This document shows, piece by piece, positions 23,278 through 34,627 of a stretch of DNA of 64,000 nt (position 1 is the first letter of the stretch; the number at the start of each line of letters is the position of its first letter). The notes beneath the pieces were generated by a model, which searched no databases, was not told the DNA's origin, and was given only the letters and a program-made list of their open reading frames with translations. The DNA lies in assembly GCA_002269645.1 (NCBI GenBank), contig NIVC01001023.1:313609-377608 (forward strand). The letters run 5' to 3'. A program made the translations under genes and the position numbers. This DNA comes from Macrostomum lignano (Eukaryota).

Positions 23278-25394
23278 TCTCTCCTGTCCTGTCCCATCTC
23301 TCTTCTTTCTAATCTCTCCCCTCTTTCTCTCCTCTCTCGCCCTTTCCACCAATTTCCCCAGTCCTCTCGATTCTCTTCCCTCCCCTCCTCTCTCCTCACT
23401 TACTTCTCATCTTTCCCTTGTTTCCACCTCTCACCTCATTTCTTATCTCTCCTCTTTTCTCTCTACTCTCCCATCTCTCGTCTGTTCACTCTCGTTTCTG
23501 CTCTCTCATCTCCTTTTTCTCATCTGTCATCTTTACTCTTATATGTTCTCTCCGGGTGTATAGTCTTCTCTTTCCCCTCTTCTGACTCCTCTCTTTCCTT
23601 ACTTCTCTTCCCTCTCATCTACTCTCTCCCTTTATTCTCTTCTCTCGTCTTTGCACTCTGCTCTCTCTCTTCCTTCATCTTTCATCTCTACTCTTTCAGC
23701 TTTTCTTTTATCTCTCTCATCTCTACAATCTCATCTCTTTCCTCTCTTCTCCTCTTCCCTTTACTCTATCATCTCTCCTTTCTCCTCTCTTCTTTCACGA
23801 TTCTATCTCATCTCTCTCCTCTCTTCTCACTCCTCTCTCCCCCTCTTATCTCCTCTCTTCTCTATCCTTTCTAATCGCTCCTCTCAATCCTCTCTCATCT
23901 CCTCTCTGTTCTCTTATGTCTACTCATCTCTACTCTCTTCTCACTCTTCTTTACCCTCCTCTCTCATCGATTCTCTGTCTCATCTCTTAACTCTTCTTTT
24001 TCCCTCTTCTCACCTCTACTCTTTCCTCTCCCTCCTCTATCCGTCTTTTAGCTTCTTCCTCCCATATTCTCTGCTTTCTCCTCACCCCCTCGTCTCTCTT
24101 ATTTTTTTCTATCTTTTCTCTGATCCTCCTCTCACCCCTCCGCTCTTTCTAATAGTCTATTCCTTCTCCTTTTCACTCTCATCTGGCCCGCAGCCATGAG
24201 CTAGATTCTTTATCTGGCCTTTGACGTAAAAATCTGCCGACCCCTGCTTCGAAAGCTAGTTTGTGGGACATAGTACTATCATGGTTGTTATCATTTCTCA
24301 TGCTTTAATCACGTCATCTTTCTGGCCAATTAGCAGCCCTGAGAGGAATTTGTGTAACTCCAGCTCTACCACAGTCTGCAGCAGTCTAACAACCAAGGAA
24401 ATACGCATTTCTTAGGAGCCATTTAAATTTTAAAGTTACCTTATGCGAATTTTAATGTTAAAAGCTTCATGCTGTAACTAACTGATTTAGTAGAATTGCA
24501 TTGTAATCAGTTGTTATTCATTTATTTTTCGCTATATTTACAAACCATCCCACATTGTCTTGACTCTTGATTTGCTATCCACAGTTAAACTGCTGCAGAC
24601 TTGTCTATACAGAGGACAGTGGTTTGAATCTCTCGCTGTCTCTCCTCTCCACGCCTCTAATCGCTGTCGCGGGGTACAGAGAAGGCTATTAAAAAGTTAT
24701 TCCAAAACACTGTACACTCGCTATGTACATTGAGCCCTATCGCCTGACCCTTTGTCTGGGGAATGAGTTGGATGAGCGGCAAACAACAGAAAAAGCAGAC
24801 AAACTTCACATGCTTACAGTTTCTGTCCTGATTGAGATACAGAGTTGAGACTTTACATGTAGGTAGAGAATGAGTCAATAAAGAATTGTGTCAAATTTGA
24901 AGTCAATCGCTTCATGTGGAGCAAAACTATGGCAGCCGAAAGTTAGGCATTTAAAAACCTATTCACACCCTTTGCCCAGATCGGGAAAGAGAGGCAGGTG
25001 GGTGGAGGTTGGGGTGGCTGCCTCACTGAAAAAAACAGCCCAACTTTAAAAGTGCACGGTGGCTTTCAGGATTAACTTTGAGATTTGAAATTTTACATGA
25101 TTGTGTCAAAATAGTTGAAAATTGCCTGTGTCAAATTTGAAGAGAATCGGTAGAAGTGGAGCAGCGCTATGGAGGATTTAGTGAAAAAATCGCGCCTTTT
25201 GAGCAGTTTTTTGTACTTATAGGTAGGAAGACTTGAGTCTAGGAAATTAAAAGGTAGCCTAAGACATTCTCCATAGTAAGTTTAGGGTGGGTATAAAGTT
25301 TGGTGTAATTTGGTTGAGCGGTTTGGGAGTCCATAGCGATCAAAATTGTCCACACACAGACACAGAGACAGAGTTTTGATTTTTATAGGTATAG
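22441..25394 (+). mobile_element. Composite insertion with a Helentron/DINE-1-like non-autonomous right part (~24657-25394) and an internal CT-rich block
   Basis: It interrupts an older repeat. AAATTTGAAG-N-AATCG occurs twice, and it ends CACACACAGACACAGAGACAGAGTTTTGATTTTTATAGGTATAG, typical of DINE/HINE-like 3' ends (family assignment by resemblance). Confidence 0.5.
22700..24190. repeat. 1.5-kb CT-rich polypyrimidine tract including a (CT)n microsatellite near 23200-23280
   Basis: Composition. Confidence 0.9.
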
Positions 25395-26022
25395 ATTGAT
25401 TTCGCAAAATAATAATTCGCATCAGTATCTGCATTTTAGTATGCAAATATGTTCAATATCTGCATCTGTTTCCGCAATTTAGTGGGTACCTAGTAATAAC
25501 TTAGTCTTTTAAGTTTTATTAGATATTATTTGCTTTTGCTAATTGCTAATAGTATAGTCACCCAGTAAAATGTGGAATCTACAGTGGAATGGTAAAATAA
25601 GGAATAAGCAATGGAATCCACTAACTTTATCTAAATGCTAATGTAGTTACAATGTAGCTAAGCCTAAAGTACATTATAATCAATTATATATTAATCTTAT
25701 AACAATAAAGCCTTCAAAAATTTACTAAACTACTACTACTAGAGAAAAAATTATGATAATATAATGTTGTAGGGGTTGTCTAACTTATTCTAAATATCTC
25801 ACCGAAATCACCAAGTATAAGTTGTTGTAGTGTTTCTTTGTTATTTTTATATCTTTCCTATAGTACATACATGCGCAACTGCTGGTCGAGCTAGCCGATT
25901 TGACCACTGTAAATAGTAGTGGACCAAGGTAAGTCGCAGAATAAAGTTGACCAAAAACAAAAAAAGCTAAGAAAAGGCAAGAGGAAAGAGCAATACAGGG
26001 AAGTAAAATAGTGAAGCAAAAG

Positions 26023-26292
26023 CAGGGGCGTAGCGAGGGGGGTATCGGTATATCGGCCGATACCCCCAAATTTCCAAAGCAACATTTTTTTTCCTTTTTC
26101 AGTTGCAATTGTGACCATTAACTAAGGAAGAGAAAGGTATCCAAATCGAAAGAATAACAATTAACAAACAAATAGAGTAATTATATGTATTATGCACTAG
26201 AAATACATTAAGGGGATATGTGGATCTCAAGCCCTTGCTTTCTGATAACAGCTAACTGATACCCCCAAAAAAAAATCCTGGCTACGCCCCTG
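26023..26292. mobile_element. 270-bp hAT-family MITE
   Basis: TIR CAGGGGCGTAGC...GCTACGCCCCTG and exact 8-bp TSD AGCAAAAG (26015-26022 and 26293-26300). Confidence 0.92.
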
Positions 26293-26319
26293 AGCAAAAG
26301 AAAAACAAGTTGCAACAGA

Positions 26320-26710
26320 AGCAAATTAAGTTGCACAAATGATTAGGTAAGTTGCAAAAGGAGCAACTAAGTTGCAAAAATATTAGGTAAGTTGCAAAAG
26401 GGTTATGTAAGTCACAAAAGGGTTATGTAAGCCCAAAAAGATTAGGTAAGTCGCAAAAATAATTAAGTAAGTTGCAAAAAGATTAGGCAAGTTGCAAAAA
26501 GATTAGATAAGTCACAAAAAGGATTAGGTAAGTCACAAAAGGGTTAGGTCAAGTTGCAAAAAGATTAGGTAAGTTGCAAAAAGGATTAGGTAAGTTGCAA
26601 AAAAATTAGGTAAGTTGCAAAAAAATTAGGTAATTCGCAAAAGGAGCAATTAAGTTGCAAAAAGGATTAGGTCAAGTGGCAAAAGGATTAGGTAGGTTGC
26701 AAAAAGGATG
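26320..26710. repeat. Degenerate ~21-bp repeat (AAAAGGATTAGGTAAGTTGCA)
   Basis: Direct pattern. Confidence 0.8.
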
Positions 26711-26888
26711 GCATTCTTTCATTTTACAATCACCTAGCACTGTCCCTATGGGAGTTGGGACTTTTGTTATACAATCCCCCCACAGAGGATGGAAAATTGC
26801 TCTTAAAATCAAACTTCAAAATGGGACCACTTCTAAGTGTGTCATTTTAACATAAAATCTTGTGTCTTATAGAAGTTAGAAGCTTGTC

Positions 26889-27511
26889 CTTATATTAATT
26901 TTTGTTATGCAATCATTTAAATGGTGAATTTATGTGCAGATCATTGCAAGACAAAACCAAAAGAGCTTGTAGATTTCGACTTAGGATCACACCAATAGTA
27001 AAATTGTATTGGAGGGATTGTATGACGAAATGGTAGGAAATTGTCGCTATAATAGATGTTTCAACCAAACAATCAATTGCAAACCGAATATGTCCGCAAA
27101 CCAAAAGCCACCTGGCTCTTTTTATATGGCTCTTTTTGCATGACCTTTTCGGGCATTGCCGCCACCCCATTCACCCCCTCACTTTTGTCATGCGATCACC
27201 CCTTGGTATAACACATAGGTCCAATGAACTGAGGGGATCGTATGACGAAAATGGGGGGAGCGGCACTTGCAAATCTTTTAATGAATACAATTTCATTCTT
27301 GAATCCTGTAGATCGTTGATAGAGATTGATGTAGCAGTTCGTATCCGAAGCTGCCGTGAACTGGTGCAACTTCGTCATACGATCCCTCTAATATAGTTCT
27401 ACCAATGTGGTGATCGTAATTCAAAACCTACAAGCTCTTTTGGTTTCATCTTGCAATCATCTACATATAACTTCACCATTTAAATGATTGTATGATGAAA
27501 GTGAATATAAG
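26889..27511. mobile_element. ~620-bp foldback MITE with ~145-bp imperfect TIRs
   Basis: 26910-27030 aligns with the reverse complement of 27370-27490 (CAATCATTTAAATGGTGAA...AAACCAAAAGAGCTTGTAG); TSD not resolved. Confidence 0.8.
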
Positions 27512-28393
27512 CTATGTGCTTTCATAACCATGCTATGCCCATGATCCTCAAGTTGACTGAAAAGTGAATTGCAGTGATGAATTAGGTTGACTGGAAAGTG
27601 AGTTGCAATGATTTTGTTCTTGGAAAAAAAAGTGAAACATACTTTTTTGATAAACTAGAGTGTCTTTTTGACTCTTTTAATAGGGATTGTAAGACAAGAC
27701 TTGACCTGCTCAGGGATCGTAAAACAAAATAATGCCCATCCATAGATGTTTTCACATCTTTCTGACAAATTTAAAGTTGAATTTTGCAAAAATATGATGA
27801 TGGAAAAATAATACTAGCAGACATTTCAGGTTGTATAATAATAGGCCCTATTAGTGCTAACCTTTCTTCACATTTGTTGGTCTAACTCAAAACCCAAACA
27901 AGATAAAAATGAAATTCAAAGGACAATTTTTTCATTGAAAAATTATCTATAGGCCTAGCTTGACACATAAAATGTAAAAATTGGTCCAGGTACTAAGAAG
28001 CTAAAGCAAAGATTTCAGGATCTTTTGGGACATCTATCATAGTTGCAAGTGACAATTTTCCGCACAAAAACTGCATCTTTGCTTGTATGAGTAGCATGAT
28101 ATGCCAGAAAAATGCCTTTTATATTGATTATGATATGCCACCTTTTTGCAACAATCAATAAATATATATATCTTTTTGTAAAAATCTTTTTAAATAATTT
28201 TTTTATAATATTTTATATAAAACAAAAATGTTATCACCAACAAATTTTAAATATATAAGACAATTCTTTAAAATTTATGTTTGTCTTAGTGCTTAAAATT
28301 AAAATTAAAATTAAGCATCCAGTAAAAAAGTAGCTTATTTATTTGAAACTTCAAAGCTAATTAGTTAATAATAAAATATAAATAGGAAGTTTG

Positions 28394-29305
28394 TGTAACG
28401 TTTGGTTGTCTCTGGGTTGTCTCGAGGTGGCCTGGCAGGTCTTTGTATCCCACTGCTGCCACCAGTGTAACGTTTGTCCTTTGCTTCGGTCCTATCAATT
28501 TGCCTGAAAATTGAACCTAAAATGTTAGCCTTGACTTGGTAGGGTTGCTGCCACCTTGGTGTGCGGACTCGACGCGTCGGCAGAGTTGTCTATCTGTCAC
28601 CTAAAATAAAATTAACGAAGACACTTCGGAGCAAAGGCCAAATCTGAAAATGTCTCGACAGTCAATCGTCTCAGTTGAATGCTGCTCGGACCTGAAAACC
28701 TGAAATGAGAGAGGAGAGCTCGGAGGCAGAGGCTTCACGAGTTAGCCACAATGCTCCGCAAGACGATGCCGTCTAAAGAAAAATGGCTCGCAGATGCTCC
28801 ATATTTATAGATGAGCGGACCCCCAAAAGTCACGTGAGTTTCATGCAGTGAGCGCGTGAAACTTCCTTATTTGGGCATTGAAATCATGTGGACGACGCGT
28901 GATTCAAGGCCAACTTCCAAATAAGGCAACCCTGTCACGCAGCAGTGGCGTGACTCAAGGTCAGTGGCCACGCACAGCGTGCGTGCACAGTCACGTGCTT
29001 ATTCTGTGTTAAAAATAGAACATGGGCGGATGAGTCATCCTGTTTACTCCCTCTAGGCAGCCATTATACTCCGCGCAGGTGATGAGTCATCCTGCTACGC
29101 TTCCTCAGCGCAAGTGGGAAGACATTGAGTGTGGCTGCCCGCACCCGCTCAGGCAATAAGTCATTGGGCAGTAAACACATAGGCCCAGCACAGAGTATCT
29201 CTCTCACTAGATCAGGTGGACTGAGCTACTGTGCAGCGGATCACAGCACTCTTAAGGAAAGCTAGTGAATGCTGCTGAATAGCCAGTTAGCAGCCAGTCA
29301 CTACA
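28394..29305 (-). mobile_element. ~910-bp LTR (3' LTR of a minus-strand element) with adjacent polypurine tract at 29306-29317
   Basis: On the minus strand it starts TGTAGTG directly after GGACGGGGAGAG (PPT) and ends GTTACA. It has CTATAAATAT (TATA) near 28800-28810, duplicated TGAGTCA (AP-1) motifs and high CpG content. No second LTR in the window. Confidence 0.65.
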
Positions 29306-29639
29306 CTCTCCCCGTCCAAATTAAATTGCAGCAGCGGAACAATGAATCATATTTATTTGAAAACAAAATTGGCTCTAATAAGGCCACTGCATAATAAGTT
29401 AATTAGCTACAAAAGAAAAGTAAAATTTATTGCGCGCCAGTCAAAAAGATGGAAAACAAGGCCACACGAATTGCATACGGTATTGCGGATTAACAAGTGA
29501 TAGTTTTTAGAGATTAGATTGATTAGCTAAGAAATGTAATAAATTTTGAGATTATTTTGAAATGGAGTAAGAATTCCTGATTATTGCGTGTCAGCCTAAT
29601 TGTAAAGATGTAAATGTTGTCATGTAATTTTAATTTTTG

Positions 29640-30023
29640 TTAATAACGAATGAATTTTTCAAAGTCCGTTGGCACGTTGGCAGTTTGACCTAGGAAGAAA
29701 AGGGCCTTTAAGATGGCCAATTCTAGCATAGTTGGATGCGGCGGTTGTGTTAGTAGGGCGGCGATGTTGCGGCGGGCCACTTCCGAGATAGCTTGCCAAC
29801 GAGCGTTGGCAGTAGCCACCGAGAAAGCCTCTCGAATGTTCGTGGGCCATCGGCGACTCAACTGCCCATTCAGGACAGCCCTCACAAGCAGGCTGATCAG
29901 CTGGCTGATGCCCTCCTCGCTGACTGTGGTCAGGTGGCTCACCTGTGTTGAGGCGTCAGAGTGCTGCGGCCTGGCCTTGATAGCGGCATTGATCGCTTCC
30001 ACTAGCTCCGTTTTTGAAAACAA
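29640..30023 (-). CDS. Hypothetical ~127-aa ORF just upstream of the PPT (possible extra ORF of the LTR element)
   Basis: CpG-rich open frame within AT-rich DNA; no ATG start (TTG) and no recognised domain. Confidence 0.3.
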   Translation of the reverse strand: MFSKTELVEAINAAIKARPQHSDASTQVSHLTTVSEEGISQLISLLVRAVLNGQLSRRWPTNIREAFSVATANARWQAISEVARRNIAALLTQPPHPTMLELAILKALFFLGQTANVPTDFEKFIRY

Positions 30024-31199
30024 CCTAGGCGGCGATGGGGCAGGCGACGGATGGCGAAAACATTTGTTTCAATAGCATTAGCAGATTCAGCAGAATGTTA
30101 TAAAAGATTGGGAAATAAGTAAATCAAAGCAATTGATGCTCATGTACAATCAATAAAGGTCACAATTTTAATTCAATAATAAAGTTCATTAGTAAGAAGT
30201 TGTTACATTTGCATGACCATTGTCATAAACAAAGAGATTAATTAGGCATTTAGGTAAATTCAAATATATTCCTAATTTTATAACTTTTCTTTATTTTCTT
30301 CATATATTTTGCTCTTTCTTTGCATTTTTGGTCATTGACATTGCCATTATGTTAACAATGAATTTGTCATGTCAAATTATAAAAGTACTCGTATTAATGC
30401 AAATCCATTAATCCATTAGTTCAAAAAATCTTAATGGCATTCCATTAACAATAATAAAAAATCTTAATGCTTATTAATGCTTAATAGCAGATTAACACTT
30501 ATTAATGGACTGGTACCCAACACTGGGCCTGAGTGGTCTAAGGTACATATATTTCTTTAGTCTTTTAAGTGTTACTCAGAATATAGGGTCATAGCAATAA
30601 GCAATGCAGTATATCTTTGCATGAATCCCTAATTCTTATTTCTTGGTAAGTTTCTGAGCACTTTCAAATGTTCAGCCTTGAAATAAGTACCTCATTAAGA
30701 CTTTATGTTTATTGAAAATATGGGGTTTGAACCATTGTGGGAGCATATGGATGTTCAAGAGCTGAGATGTTGGTTTATTTAGGGCAGAATTTCACTTGTA
30801 TATATCAATTGGATTTAGGGAGGCACATTTATAATAAATAATAATGATCAAAATTATTTCATGTATTCAAACAAACTAAAATGATATCTCTAGATTTTGC
30901 ACAACTTTAAAATCAAAAGTATCTAAGTATAAAATAAAAGTACTTGGGTGCAAAATGTTTAAATAGTTGTATATTATAAGCATATTTGTATTCAAAGGGT
31001 AGAATTTTATAGATAGAACAATTATTAAAACACAGGCAAAGTAAAACTAAATAGTTATTACTAAATATAGGCAAAGTAAATTGGTAAAAAATGTTTATGA
31101 TGCAAGTTCATAAATGCAGTTGTCACTTAGTCTTTTAGAATTGGCATGGGTGTAGCAAATCTCAGTAGTATAACCACTTGATTTGGCCAAAGAGCTAAT

Positions 31200-32200
31200 C
31201 AATCTCAATATTGATCAGAGCCTAATGATTTGGTAGTCAACAATCACTGCAAAAATTCTAGTGCATGTGATTAGCCACATCTTGTAGGATAGCAATTGCC
31301 TCCTTATGAGACTACTGTTTTTTCAGAAATTTGCCACTTGACTAGATCTTGGAGGCCTATGGTAGTTGCTGATACATATCCAGACAAAGAAACACTAGAG
31401 TCAGCATGTATTGTTGGAAATTGTAGCATAGCCTCTCTATATCAGGGCTGCAGGTTTTGATTAATCTGTGCATGACTCTGGAGAAGTTGGCTACCTCCTT
31501 TGGTGGCAATCGTCTTTGTCTTGGCAATGAGCTCAGCTGGAGTGATGATCTCTGCTGCCACAGTGGCAAGTTTCTAAGACTCTGCCTTTGTTACACTTTA
31601 TGGTGTGATTTGCTTTATTGTGATATTATTATTGGCTCTAAGGAGGCTATTGATGCTGACAGCTCTGTCAAAGTGTCTTCAAGCATTTGGAGGTGGATGC
31701 AGTTGCTGGAGCCTCTATCTGGATGGTGCAGCCACCAGTGGGTGGAACAGTCCTAATTACCATTGACATCACTATCACTGGGATGGCAACTTGCAAAGCT
31801 AGTAGTGTGGCCCTCTTTTACCTTGGCTCTTCATTAGTTGTAGCTAAGGGCAATCTCTTGGCTTTTCCCCTAGGCACTAAAGGCTTGGTTGGGATATGCA
31901 AAAGCGCCTTGTTTTCCTGATCCTCCAGCTTCTCAACTGGCTTGGCAGCTGGCAGCTTTGGCATAATCTCTAATAGCTCTTCTAGAAGCCACAAAGACAA
32001 GTTCAGAATGTTGTTGTGCAATCCATGCTAACTCTTAGTACTGATCCTTAGTATAGCAACTCTACACAATTAAATTCTCGGTATAGTAATTCTTAGTATG
32101 ATACTCTAGTAAGGTTCTCTTTGAATAGAGGAGGAGTTTAACTCTGTGAAATATGGAGCTTTCTGGGCTATAGGGGTTCATATTTATAGGCTAGCAAGAT
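31200..32200 (-). pseudogene. Unidentified, heavily decayed coding-like sequence downstream of a TATA box (32178-32190)
   Basis: Moderate GC, almost no CpG, interrupted frames (MPKLPAAKPVEKLEDQ...); no family recognised. Confidence 0.3.
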
Positions 32201-32764
32201 AGGACCAATGAAACACATTAATATCTAGAAATTCACACTTGCACAAGATATTTGGATCTGGCTAACAGCTTTCAATCAATGCTGTGAAGTAGAAGAGATA
32301 TATGAAGAACATTGGAAGCAGGAACTGCTAGCTAATTTGGACTTGTCTACTGCTTTTGTAGCGGTGTAGCACCTGAATCTGCTAGAAGATCTCAAATATA
32401 AAGAGTTCAAAGAGCAATTGATTGAGCAATTTAGAAGAATTGGTAGTTCCACAGAGAGGAATTTCAAGAAAGAATGCAAGGTGGAAATGAGCCTATAGAG
32501 ACTTTTGTAGACAATTTGATTGAGTTGGCATAGCATGCATAACTGTTGAGCAAAAGGAAGAAAATATTGTAAAGCAATTCATCAAGGGTTATTTTGACTA
32601 GGTGACCCTCAAGAGGGCCATTTATGAGAATTTTAGCTTTAGAAAAGCCAGGGAACTACAAAATTAGATTGAGACCATTAAAGAAAGATTATTTAAAGCA
32701 ATATAAGATTGGTAGTAATCATCATTTATCATTCAAATGTTCAAATATTTGATTATATAGTCAC

Positions 32765-33112
32765 AGGGGCCATAGCCCAATGGTAGTGCAGCTGCTCTGG
32801 TGTGCCAGCAACCCAGGCTCAATTCCAAGTGCAGTCACATTAATTTGGGGCTGAATTAGAATCTTGGCTTGGCTTTGCTTGTGCAATTAACGGCCTTAAG
32901 AGCCAACCCCCCAAGGTGCAGTGAAGTGTACATACTTAATGATAATATAAAGTTAACACCGCTGTATACTCCTGTGTGAGTGTATGCCTGTGTACATATC
33001 CACACACTTGTATGCCTGCTTAGGGGAGTCGGTAGAACAGGCAGTAATGCCTCTCGCCGGTTATGTGCCTGTCGTTTAAAGTGCACCAGGGTGCACACAA
33101 CCCCCTGCCTCT
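32765..33112 (+). mobile_element. tRNA-derived SINE, copy 1
   Basis: Head with A-box TAGCCCAATGG and decayed B-box GGCTCAATTCC; the body is homologous to an inverted second copy at 34283-34580. Confidence 0.7.
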
Positions 33113-34282
33113 AACTAAATATCTATATATAAGATATACTAGTTACAGTAGTTACTAGAGTATTTAAATGATATATTTTATTATTCAGCATTGTCAAACA
33201 ACCCCATTGTTCTTTTTTTGCTAGTTCAAAATAGCTTTATACTTATTTGAAATATTATAATATTGATGGACTATAGTAAATATAGACCATTTACTTAATT
33301 TTATTACTTAATTTAATCTTACCAATGCTACCAAAGTTATAATAAGGGTGTTGGTTCTATCTTCTAAAATAATTTCATTGTTGATACCAAAGTTGTGCTA
33401 GGGGTAAATCTTTCTTTAAATTTCAATTGTTGCCACTAAACTATAGTAAAAAAACTCTATTTCTTTAAATTCATCTGAGCATTTGCCTAAGTGCATATCT
33501 AAGTATTTATTATCCTTTATTGGTAATGTTTCTATTCTATACCAATAGCATTATATATAAATCTGGCTTGAGTAGTATATATACTCTAATGGTATATGTA
33601 CTGCATATATGATCTTTTTAGTCCTAGGCATTACCAAGATTAGAGGGTCATGGCCTCTGTACACTATATGTATTATTAGGGATCTACTTTGTATCCCTTT
33701 TCCATTAGTATATGCAGTATGCATATTTACTCCTACTTCATAAAAATGAGTAAGTCAAAATCACTTCTCAAAATATTTGTTAGGAATTCACTGTAAAGTT
33801 TCTCAACTAACCAGTAAAAGGCTGAAGGCTGATTTGAAGCCTAAAAGTGAGACTTGCTTCTCATTGCAAAAAATGCATATATTTATACTAATTTTTTGGC
33901 TCTTTAAAACAAACTAATTGGAAAAATATTTTAGAAAATTTAAGTACTTAAACAAAAGTTTTCTTAGTTTTTGTGCAAGTTCAAAATGCATATATTTTAC
34001 AAATTTTTGCATAAAAATGGAAGCCATTAATGTAGTTTCTACAAACTTATTAGGTTATAAAATGAAGTTCAATTTTTTATAGATTTTAGAGATTCATATT
34101 TTGGCAAAGTTGCTATTTTTTTCTTTATTGTCTTTTACTATACAAGTAGATGTGCAATTAAAATATTGATATTTTTCTGCACAGCTTTTTATGGTTTATT
34201 TTACAGTTGGAAGCTTTCTATAATTTTATGGCTATTGTATCATAATATGTATTGTTAGCATAAATATATATTTTGATTGAGC

Positions 34283-34580
34283 ATTTGAGCAGGGGCTGTG
34301 TGCACCCTGGAGCACATTTAGCAACACTGTCACAACTGTTGGGGAAAGATTACTGCCCATTCTGCCAATCTTGAGCAGACAAACAAGAGCACAGATACAT
34401 GTGTAGTCATATACAAAGACAGACACATCAAAGGCAGGTCCTGGCTTTATTTATATTCAGGCAAGTATACTTCACTGCACCTTAGGGTTGATCTTTGAGA
34501 GCATTGAATGGACAAACAGACTGAAGCCAAGATTCCAATTTAGCCACAAATTAATGCAATCTGCAATTGGAATTGACAAT
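34283..34580 (-). mobile_element. tRNA-derived SINE, copy 2 (5'-truncated near the B-box)
   Basis: Shares GTGTGCACCCTGG, ATTACTGCC, CTTCACTGCACCTT, AAGCCAAGATT and CAAATTAATG..CTGCA.TTGGAATTGA with the reverse complement of copy 1. Confidence 0.7.
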
Positions 34581-34627
34581 GGTAACTAAATGTCAAACTG
34601 TGACTTTCAGCCGTAACTGCTGCCTCT

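Noticed and set aside
22639-24246. Complete hAT element bracketing the CT tract
   Set aside because: The right end GCCGACCCCTG is clear, but the left end is poor and there is no matching 8-bp TSD
32765-32840. Functional tRNA gene
   Set aside because: Acceptor and anticodon stems do not pair properly, the B-box is decayed, and it continues into a repeated body, so it is a SINE head
33380-33700. Possible LINE RT thumb fragment on the minus strand (KYLDMHLG resembling KYLG)
   Set aside because: One weak motif in very AT-rich DNA; insufficient support
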